Under the pieces are notes generated by a model that saw only the letters and a program-made list of their open reading frames with translations, did not search any database and was not told the origin of the DNA. Shown here piece after piece: positions 10,162 to 17,631 of a stretch of 64,000 nucleotides of DNA (its first letter is position 1; each line of letters starts with the position of its first letter). The position numbers and the translations under genes were made by a program. The DNA lies in the NCBI GenBank assembly GCA_016839805.1, contig JAEOTO010000006.1:1-64000 (forward strand), read 5' to 3'. This DNA comes from Candidatus Hermodarchaeota archaeon (lineage in GTDB: Archaea; Asgardarchaeota; Hermodarchaeia; Hermodarchaeales; Hermodarchaeaceae).

Positions 10162-10880
10162 TCCCCTTTGAATTGCAGACGCGTTATTACAATACAAACG
10201 ATGGTAATAACGAGAACGACTACTAGAATTACTACAAAGAGCAATGTTGTAGTGCTAGTGGGATTATGCGTTAGAGCGATAAATTCGATTCCTAAATGAT
10301 AGTCATTAAGGAAGAAAAATTCGGTATAAGCAGAAAGTAGAATTCCTGCATTTAAATCGTAGACCAATGTAGTGTTTTGGTTGCCCCAGGGACCTTGATG
10401 GTAAACATAAGATTTTGTTGTTGAGGTGGTGAGAATATCCAAACTTCCATTCATGTAGAGGCCTGATGCCGCATCAGTTGCAGCTTGATCAACCGCATTC
10501 CAGTTGAGATGAGATATTAGTCCAGGAAACCAGGGCCATATGCTGAAAACTAGTTCAGCGGCGATTCGTGAATCGTTGGTTGAAAGAGTAAGATTGCCAA
10601 TCGTGAATAACCCTAATAATTCATTATTCGCAATTTTCTGGTTTTTAAAGGTTAGAGCTTGACCTGTTTGAGCTTGCCAGAATGTTCCTGTACCAAAACC
10701 GAATTCGACTGCTTCATTTGTAACATTGGTTATCCGCCAATGAAGGATTGGAGTACTAAAGGCGTTAGGGTAAAGTTCTGGTGTATATGAGAGATTTTGT
10801 GCTGAAGCTGGTTGAGTGCACAATAGGACGGTCGTTAAGATAAGAATTATACTAAATCCAATGATTGTTTTGGTTTTCAT
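10158..10880 (-). CDS. Secreted protein with C-terminal membrane anchor, unknown function
   Basis: Signal peptide MKTK..hydrophobic..ASA; beta-rich core; T-rich linker, TM, basic tail. Confidence 0.75.
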   Translation of the reverse strand: MKTKTIIGFSIILILTTVLLCTQPASAQNLSYTPELYPNAFSTPILHWRITNVTNEAVEFGFGTGTFWQAQTGQALTFKNQKIANNELLGLFTIGNLTLSTNDSRIAAELVFSIWPWFPGLISHLNWNAVDQAATDAASGLYMNGSLDILTTSTTKSYVYHQGPWGNQNTTLVYDLNAGILLSAYTEFFFLNDYHLGIEFIALTHNPTSTTTLLFVVILVVVLVITIVCIVITRLQFKGE

Positions 10881-10887
10881 AGACTGT

Positions 10888-11475
10888 TCACCGCATTTTA
10901 AGATAAACAACAGAAGCGGCAATGACCACGATTAAACCAACAGCGCCGATTATTCCAACACCCAATATGAGTTCGGGACCTGGAGTTGGAGATGTTGTTG
11001 GAGTCATCTCTGGCGCACAATATTTCCATAAAACCTGATCGCCATTAGAAAGTATGTAATTATCAGCAGCTACCGGGGCGAGTTCATCATTTACCCAATA
11101 TTGCCAATAGTATCCGTTATCGTTAGCGTTGTTTTCAATACCATTTATGGAATTAATGAATTTTCCATATGTGTAATGGGAAAAGGTGACGATGCTTGTC
11201 TGGTTTAGAATGTCAAAAACTGTGGTTCCTGAAAGGCTGGAAAACATATGCTGCGTTGTATTGCCATAATCAATGGTGAGCTCCACATTCGAGGCATGGT
11301 TTTCATGGATTCTTACCTTAGCAGAAGTTGTAAAGTGAACACTGGTTATGGCTAAGAAACAGAATAGTGAGAAGACGAGTAATCCAAGGTAGACCCGCTT
11401 TTTCAAATTCCATTGCCTCGTAGGATAAACTATCCTACCAATATTAAAGCCCTTCTCATAGCCAAGGTCACGCAT
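10888..11475 (-). CDS. DUF4430 (transcobalamin C-terminal-like) membrane-anchored protein
   Basis: TVFDIL, GKFINSINGIEN, YWQYWVND, AADNYILSNGDQVLWKY; N- and C-terminal TM; start uncertain. Confidence 0.82.
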   Translation of the reverse strand: MRDLGYEKGFNIGRIVYPTRQWNLKKRVYLGLLVFSLFCFLAITSVHFTTSAKVRIHENHASNVELTIDYGNTTQHMFSSLSGTTVFDILNQTSIVTFSHYTYGKFINSINGIENNANDNGYYWQYWVNDELAPVAADNYILSNGDQVLWKYCAPEMTPTTSPTPGPELILGVGIIGAVGLIVVIAASVVYLKMR

Positions 11476-11502
11476 CTTTGGGACAAACTGTTCTCGTTGA
11501 AT

Positions 11503-13002
11503 CTAGGCTTGCTGTTGTAGTGTCGTTTGAATAAACTCCGCTAGTTTGCTGATTTTGACCAGCTGCTCTTCCCCTGTCTTCATATTACGGACATTGACCG
11601 ACTTCTTTACAAGTTCTCGAGGTCCAACGATGACCGCAAATGGAATCTGTCGTTTACTAGCATCATCAAGATGTTTGGTTAGCGACCACGAAAAACCGTT
11701 GAAAATTGTTCGTATCCCCTCTGCTCGGAGTTGTGAGGCTATTTCACGGCAAACACTGAGTTGTTTCTTTGAAACTGGGGCTAAATAGAGGTCGGCAGGT
11801 GGATCTGGTGATGGAAGCAGCTTCATTTCCTCAGCAAGCTCTAAAATGACAGTCTCACCGAAACCAAATCCAGTTCCAGGCAACCGCTCTCCTTCAAAAA
11901 TACCGACGAGATCGTCGTAGCGTCCTCCACCTGCAATTGCTCGGGGTATTCCGCTCCTCCTGTCCCAAGCTTCAAAGACGATGCCCGTATAATAGTCAAG
12001 GCCACGAGCTATTCCTGCATCAAATTCACAAACATTCGTTATACCCAAATCATCCAATTGAGTGGCTAGCTGGCTTAGGGGTTTTAGAGCTTCTTGAGTT
12101 GCTTCATCTAATGCTAATTCTTCCATGGTTTGAAGAAACTCTTTTGGTGCCCCTCGAATCGCAGAGAAATTTGCAAGTTGTTCCGCTGCCTGCTGGGCTA
12201 TACCAATTTTTCTAAGGGTTTTGATGAGCGCCTCACGTTGGAGTTGTGGGAGGTTTGTTTTCAACTCATCAATTTGTTTTGAACGGGGAAGTTTGGGTTC
12301 TCCTTTTTGTTTTCCAATATAGAAATGACGGAGTTTGAGTGCAATTCCTTCCGCTTTCTTTACAGATGTACCTGCATTTCTTAGTTGATTAACGATGGAT
12401 TCTTGTAAGAGTTTTTCGCGGCGGTCTAATACACGGATAATATCAATATAATTAGTTAATCCCAGTGATTCGATGAAGCTTTGCATTAGGCGGCGGTCAT
12501 TGATACGTATTACGAAATCTTTGGGCGTGAAATTCAGCCTTTGAATAATTGCTGCAAGTACGTTAATGACCTCTGCATCAGCGGCAACATCTTCGGTACC
12601 CAATATGTCGACATTTAATTGCCAAAATTCCTTGACGCGTCCGCGCTGTTGGGTCTCATCTCGAAATACGCGTGAAATTGAAAACCACCGAATGGGACGT
12701 GGGTAATATTGCTGCTGAACCGCTAGCATCCGTGCAAGGGATGGAGTTGTTTCGGGACGTAGTACGAGTTTTCGGTCTTTACGATCTGTAACTTTGAAGG
12801 TCTCTTCAACGAGTGAGGGTCCTGATTTGAGCTGATACAATTTCAGTGGTTCCACGGTTGGGCACTCATACTCTATATAACCAAATAATTTTGGAATTTC
12901 ACGAAAGGCTCGGAGTATTCTGTCGATTTTACTATAGAGTTCAGGATAGAAATCTCGAAATCCACCCACTGCTAGCTCTTTTCCGCGTTTCATATTCGTC
13001 AA
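11503..13002 (-). CDS. hisS: Histidine--tRNA ligase with enlarged insertion domain
   Basis: GFRDF, LRPETT, motif 2 FRDETQQRGR..EFWQ, RGLDYYTG, GGGRYD, C-terminal anticodon-binding domain. Confidence 0.96.
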   Translation of the reverse strand: MTNMKRGKELAVGGFRDFYPELYSKIDRILRAFREIPKLFGYIEYECPTVEPLKLYQLKSGPSLVEETFKVTDRKDRKLVLRPETTPSLARMLAVQQQYYPRPIRWFSISRVFRDETQQRGRVKEFWQLNVDILGTEDVAADAEVINVLAAIIQRLNFTPKDFVIRINDRRLMQSFIESLGLTNYIDIIRVLDRREKLLQESIVNQLRNAGTSVKKAEGIALKLRHFYIGKQKGEPKLPRSKQIDELKTNLPQLQREALIKTLRKIGIAQQAAEQLANFSAIRGAPKEFLQTMEELALDEATQEALKPLSQLATQLDDLGITNVCEFDAGIARGLDYYTGIVFEAWDRRSGIPRAIAGGGRYDDLVGIFEGERLPGTGFGFGETVILELAEEMKLLPSPDPPADLYLAPVSKKQLSVCREIASQLRAEGIRTIFNGFSWSLTKHLDDASKRQIPFAVIVGPRELVKKSVNVRNMKTGEEQLVKISKLAEFIQTTLQQQA

Positions 13003-13047
13003 CTCATTTTCGTATTCTTCACTATTATCTATGTTGATAGTGAAAAA

Positions 13048-13204
13048 TGGTGCCGGGACAGGGATTCGAACCCCGACCTAAAGCTATCCGCATCCCATCT
13101 ATACTAATGGGATTCCACAGGCTTCAATGCTACCATTGCGCCTGGGTAATTACCAGTTTACACCTTCGGGAGCTAGTTATTATGATAACTAGCAATATCC
13201 CGGC
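13048..13204 (-). tRNA. tRNA-His(GUG) with three introns (8/9, 15/16, 37/38); CCA encoded
   Basis: Removing 13196-13165, 13157-13136 and 13114-13086 gives a 74-nt cloverleaf: GCCGGGA TG GTGT AATGGTA GCAT T GAAGC CTGTGGA GCTTT AGGT CGGGG TTCGAAT CCCTG TCCCGGC ACCA. Each junction has a 4-bp helix flanked by 3-nt bulges. Confidence 0.9.
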
Positions 13205-13378
13205 ACGGTGCCCCGGCACAAAGAATGGTTGAACAGAACTCTCCCAAAAAAACCTTTCCTCTCCTCCTCTTAAACCTATACAATATTACCATATCTACTA
13301 TACTGCCATGCCACTCTATCGGTGAATATAGAGCGGGAAAAATACGGATTTTAAGCGCGTTTGAAGGGAAGGATGGAG

Positions 13379-13687
13379 TTAGGCAATATCGATATTATCG
13401 AAAGGAAAGCCCAAATCGCCAAGAATTCCCTTGATATTATTACGGTGATCGCCTTGAAGAACGATGATACCTTCTTTGGCGCTACCACCACAGGCACATT
13501 TCATTTTTAGTTTCGTGACTAGTTCTGATAGCGATATATCTCGACTGTTTATTCCTTCGATAAGGGTGACTTCCCGTCCCCATTTTCGCCGCTCAACGCT
13601 CACTTTTATCCGCTGCTCTGTCTTCGCTAACTCTTGGCAGCGACAAATTTCTTTTGGTAAACTACAAATTGGACAAATTTCTGACAT
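13379..13687 (-). CDS. sui1: Translation initiation factor aIF1 (SUI1)
   Basis: CPICSLPKEICRC, RKWGREVT.IEG, LK.KCACGG, LQGDHR. Confidence 0.95.
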   Translation of the reverse strand: MSEICPICSLPKEICRCQELAKTEQRIKVSVERRKWGREVTLIEGINSRDISLSELVTKLKMKCACGGSAKEGIIVLQGDHRNNIKGILGDLGFPFDNIDIA

Positions 13688-13803
13688 TATTTACCTCGTT
13701 AAGCTATAATGGTTAGTGAGTTGCACCTTAACCCTAAAAAAAGCTTACGCTAAACCTTATCCGAGAATGGTTTTAGCCCACTTAATCGAATCCTATGGTT
13801 GGT

Positions 13804-14010
13804 TTAGCGAGCGGTAAGCTTCTTGATGATTTGTGGACGCTCTTTGTACATAATGCGTGCACCACAAAAGGGACACTTACTAGAAGGTAATGTAGTAGCA
13901 AAGGGTTTGCCACAGTGGGGGCAGCGGTTGCTTGGTGGCATTGAAGGGACAGGTGTTTGGCAATAGGGACAGGAGAGGGTTTTACCACATTTCGCGCAAC
14001 GAAAGGTCAT
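13804..14010 (-). CDS. rpoP: RNA polymerase subunit P (Rpo12) with an inserted second Zn ribbon
   Basis: FRCAKCG...KCPFCGARIMYKERP..IKKLTAR is the RpoP signature; extra CPYC..CPHC between the knuckles. Confidence 0.82.
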   Translation of the reverse strand: MTFRCAKCGKTLSCPYCQTPVPSMPPSNRCPHCGKPFATTLPSSKCPFCGARIMYKERPQIIKKLTAR

Positions 14011-14089
14011 TATGAGCACCAAAAATTTTAGTCCGCGTCTTTACGGCATCCTCCGTTACTTAATAAGTTTTGCTCAGTTCTATGCTCAT

Positions 14090-14194
14090 CTATGGTGGTG
14101 GAAGGCTGAGCAATAGTATTGCAACAATGGCACTACCAATAATCAATGACATGAAAAAAATAGCAAAAATAAGATTTCTATTCTTTCTCCTCAT
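14090..14194 (-). CDS. 34-aa single-TM microprotein (not in the ORF track)
   Basis: MRRKNRNLIFAIFFMSLIIGSAIVAILLLSLPPP*; ATG overlaps the ATPase stop (TGATG); basic N-terminus plus 24-residue hydrophobic stretch. Confidence 0.7.
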   Translation of the reverse strand: MRRKNRNLIFAIFFMSLIIGSAIVAILLLSLPPP

Positions 14195-15204
14195 CAGGAT
14201 TCACCATTTCTGGGGAGTATTCCCGTGCCCAATAGGCTGGAAAGCCGCTGTAAAGCAGGCAAACCTTGAATCTCGGTAGGAAATAAAGGAACTTCTGTGA
14301 TGATAAAGTCATCGTAAATATTGTGAATTTGAGCAATGTATTTTTCTTGCATAGCCTTACGTGACTTACAAAATTTGCAATCAGGCTTGTCAGGAAATAT
14401 CATATTAATGATTACATGGCTACTCGGTATTTCGAATTCATACAGAGTTTGTAACAGACGTTCTGTTTCCGAAACCGCCATGGCCTCAGGAATCATCACG
14501 ATAACAAAACTGGTGCGTGAAGGATCCCTCAACTCTCCACGCGATGCTGAAATGGTTTCTTTGAGTTTCTCCATTTGTTCAAGAGATTGATCTGGTTCCG
14601 AATCGCCACGTCCAAAAAGAGATTTCAAACGTCCAAACATATTACCGAAACGCATTCGAAGTTTGATAAGTTTACCAAAAAAACTATCCAACATTTCAGG
14701 GAGTCCTAAGAGTCGCAAAGTGTGACCAGTAGGGGCGGTATCAAACACAACCAAGTCGTATTCGCATTCTTGAATAAATTCAAGGACTTTAGAGAAAGCT
14801 AGCGCCTCATCCGCTCCGGGGGCAGTCATATCAGTGAAGTCCTCTAATCCCATCATTCCCCCTAAGGGCCCCATGTCTTCCGTTTCCTTTGATTGTGTCA
14901 TTTGCTGATATTGCTTAAAGGCTCTTCTAGGATCAATTTCCATGCCGTAGAGATTTTGCACTCCTTTAATGGGTATTACTTCTCCTCCACTTAGATCTTG
15001 AGCAAAACTATCACCTAGACTGTGTGCTGGGTCTGTACTAATGACAAGTGTTTCTCGGCCGTGTTCTGCAGCCCAAAGTGCTGATGCAGCAGCGTTACTT
15101 GTTTTGCCAACTCCTCCCTTGCCTCCAAAGAGAAGAAATCGGAGCGAATCCATTTCGAGTAATTTGATGAGGGTCATAAGAAGTGTAACTCCAATAGTAT
15201 GCAT
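14194..15204 (-). CDS. Get3/TRC40-type ArsA-family ATPase
   Basis: GKGGVGKT, STDPAH, PGADEA, DTAPTGHTLRLL, CKFC; single ATPase domain with Met/Phe-rich helical insert; probable start 15177. Confidence 0.9.
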   Translation of the reverse strand: MHTIGVTLLMTLIKLLEMDSLRFLLFGGKGGVGKTSNAAASALWAAEHGRETLVISTDPAHSLGDSFAQDLSGGEVIPIKGVQNLYGMEIDPRRAFKQYQQMTQSKETEDMGPLGGMMGLEDFTDMTAPGADEALAFSKVLEFIQECEYDLVVFDTAPTGHTLRLLGLPEMLDSFFGKLIKLRMRFGNMFGRLKSLFGRGDSEPDQSLEQMEKLKETISASRGELRDPSRTSFVIVMIPEAMAVSETERLLQTLYEFEIPSSHVIINMIFPDKPDCKFCKSRKAMQEKYIAQIHNIYDDFIITEVPLFPTEIQGLPALQRLSSLLGTGILPRNGES

Positions 15205-15243
15205 CGATGGGTAGATATCGCTTAAAGAGTTATCCCGTTAGAG

Positions 15244-15606
15244 TTAAGGTGGAAGGGGTATGATGAGTTGGCTAACTGCTAGCATCGTATAGAAAGTAAC
15301 TACAAATACAGCAATTAGGGTGACGATTCCGACTAATATTATTGAATATCGCATCCGAATTAAGCCCCCAATCAATCCCGTAAACATTATGATTAATATC
15401 GCGATAAAAGTGATTACCGCATCCCAGGATGGGAGAAGAGAGCTAATAGGTCCAACTACAACGAAAGGGTATATTCCATAACCTGATGCAATTAACAGAT
15501 AGCCTAAGGCTCCTCCAAAAACGATGAAAAGAATTGTTGCAAGCTTGTCTAACGGTTCATGCTCTCCTTCTTCTGAATCAAATTCTTCATGAATGTCTGT
15601 ATTCAT
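15244..15606 (-). CDS. Small 3-TM membrane protein with acidic N-terminus
   Basis: EEFDSEEGEHE followed by three hydrophobic helices. Confidence 0.8.
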   Translation of the reverse strand: MNTDIHEEFDSEEGEHEPLDKLATILFIVFGGALGYLLIASGYGIYPFVVVGPISSLLPSWDAVITFIAILIIMFTGLIGGLIRMRYSIILVGIVTLIAVFVVTFYTMLAVSQLIIPLPP

Positions 15607-15613
15607 ACTTTTC

Positions 15614-16327
15614 TTATTCTCCTGCTGGTTTATAGATTACGAGGCAGATGGGAACATTAGCTGTTGCCCAGTTTTGATATTTTCCCTCGTACTTTAAACC
15701 ATAATCCCGTTGTCCTTGATTGCCGAGAATAAGAAAGAGCGTGCGTGGACGAGCTTGTTTGTAGAAACCAAGAAGCCAGCGATCGGTTCGGTGAAGGAGC
15801 TTTTGTGCAAGTTCTAATGGTGGACGACTTGTATGTTCTTTATAGAGGGTGTCAAAATCGAGAAAATGGATGTAGAGGATATCTGATCGGTTTAGAAGTT
15901 TAGCGGTTTCGATGTAAGTTCGCATATCCGATTCAGCTGGACGAAAAGTCGCCTTTCCAGCGTTATTTTGTTGGTCTTCTCGGTCAACGACTACAGCTGT
16001 TTTTCCTTGTTGCACAAGATAGGAAAAAAGATGAAATCCATCATGAAGATTTCCGTGAGTCAGTTCATCGAAGACATTTGTGGCAAAACCATTGGGTGTA
16101 TCAAGAGTGAGAATAAGACGGGCTTCTTTGAGTAAGAATTGCGGTTTATGAAGTACCACTTCGAGTAATCCAAAATTGTCAAGATGAACGACGACTATGC
16201 GCTCTGTGGGGTCATAGGGGGATAGATCAATTCCTGTGACTAAACTTGTAGGTGTACCAACTCCTAATCGAGTTAGAATAGTAGCCGGCATTTGAGCCAA
16301 ATAACCTTCAATACTCTCGAATGTCAC
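15614..16327 (-). CDS. Degenerate alkaline-phosphatase-superfamily protein
   Basis: IVVVHLDNFG, LYIHFLDFDTL, DRWL, LFLILGNQG align with AlkP core motifs, but the His ligands are missing. Confidence 0.6.
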   Translation of the reverse strand: MTFESIEGYLAQMPATILTRLGVGTPTSLVTGIDLSPYDPTERIVVVHLDNFGLLEVVLHKPQFLLKEARLILTLDTPNGFATNVFDELTHGNLHDGFHLFSYLVQQGKTAVVVDREDQQNNAGKATFRPAESDMRTYIETAKLLNRSDILYIHFLDFDTLYKEHTSRPPLELAQKLLHRTDRWLLGFYKQARPRTLFLILGNQGQRDYGLKYEGKYQNWATANVPICLVIYKPAGE

Positions 16328-16433
16328 TTCATTCCCGCCAGAGTATGGGATGAGAACTAATCTTAGGACTTCTCTTAATTACCTAAAAGAGTTTGTTAGT
16401 GTAATTATCGATTGCGTATCAACTGCGGTTACC

Positions 16434-17621
16434 TTAAATGGGCGTCAACACGAGGATGAAGACAAAAGCCTGCATTAACAATATCATTGCGCCTTCGAAG
16501 ATATCGACTTTCTGATCATCGGTCATCGCGCGTTTTAAGAACCATAGTGATCCAGCGGCGGTAGCAAATTGGAGAAGCACTGCAGCATCCAAGGGAAGGG
16601 GGAGAAATATTGCAGCGCCACCCACAATAAGTAGCAGTACTTGGGTTGTGCCACCCAACGTGTTACCAATAGCAATGTTAGCTTTGCCTTTATTCGCGGC
16701 AATTAAAGCGATTCCATGCTCTGGAAGTGCTCCTGCCGCTCCAATCATTAGAGCCATAATTACAATACGTTGCGTTTCAATGATGCCTAATCCCGTCCAA
16801 GGAACAAAATTAAATGCGAGCTCAACTGCTTCTGAAAGAAGATATCCAGCAATAAAGATGCCCACAAATCCTAAAGTCGCTAATAATGCCGAGTTACGCT
16901 TTGAACGACGTGGCTTGGGGATTACCCTCTCAGTTGGTTTGGGTTTCTTAATAGCATAAACTGCATACAAAACATAAGAAAGAAGCATTAGGAATCCTAG
17001 AAGGGGTGGAAGGAAGATTAAGTCTGGTGTCAAACCATGAATGATATGATCAACATAAAAGAGGATACCAAATGCAAAGAGTAGGGTCATTGCGACAATA
17101 GTCCAACGAATGAGATCTGCATCATCTTCGACGACTTCACGAGGAACCTTTACCACACCAGTTTTTCGGGTAGAGATAACGACAACAATACCCAGGAGTA
17201 ATATGTTGAATCCGGCTGCCATTACGACGCTCAAAACAGCAATTTCAACTAGTTCCGGATTGCTAGTCACGACGCCCCGCCAAGCCGTGAGTCCACTGAT
17301 GACTGCTTCAGGGGTATTCGATGCTAAAGATGATAGAACTCCGATGACATAGGCACTAAGACCAGCAAAAGCTCCCAATGATTCAAGTCCATCAATGGCA
17401 AAGTGGGAGGCTCTAAACGTTAGCCAAAGTCCGAATGTCATTATAGCAATAATCAATATCAACACATTTTGAAACAGAAATAGTGCAAGAATCAAAAAAA
17501 CCAGAAGGATAAGTGCCACAAATCCCTCTCGTCGGGAAATATGGAAGGCTTTGTGAACTTCAACGGCACTCGAAATCATGTGTGCCTCTTCAGAGTGATT
17601 ATTGTCGGGCATGGATATCAA
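16434..17621 (-). CDS. Ca2+/cation antiporter (CaCA family)
   Basis: Two alpha-repeats SNTPE..FN and ALPE..GNTLG; about 11-12 TM. Confidence 0.85.
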   Translation of the reverse strand: MISMPDNNHSEEAHMISSAVEVHKAFHISRREGFVALILLVFLILALFLFQNVLILIIAIMTFGLWLTFRASHFAIDGLESLGAFAGLSAYVIGVLSSLASNTPEAVISGLTAWRGVVTSNPELVEIAVLSVVMAAGFNILLLGIVVVISTRKTGVVKVPREVVEDDADLIRWTIVAMTLLFAFGILFYVDHIIHGLTPDLIFLPPLLGFLMLLSYVLYAVYAIKKPKPTERVIPKPRRSKRNSALLATLGFVGIFIAGYLLSEAVELAFNFVPWTGLGIIETQRIVIMALMIGAAGALPEHGIALIAANKGKANIAIGNTLGGTTQVLLLIVGGAAIFLPLPLDAAVLLQFATAAGSLWFLKRAMTDDQKVDIFEGAMILLMQAFVFILVLTPI

Positions 17622-17631
17622 CTCGTTGTGT

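Noticed and set aside
11400-11502. Cobalamin riboswitch ahead of the DUF4430/ECF cluster
   Set aside because: Too little space and no B12-box recognised.
13047-13232. 61-aa + strand ORF
   Set aside because: Antisense to tRNA-His; spurious.
13782-13988. 68-aa alternative-frame ORF over rpoP, and 14070-14279 (+) over the microprotein
   Set aside because: The RpoP frame and the coupled TM-peptide frame are much better supported.
14194-15204. Arsenite-resistance ArsA
   Set aside because: Single domain, no arsB/acr3/arsD/arsR context, and Get3-like features.
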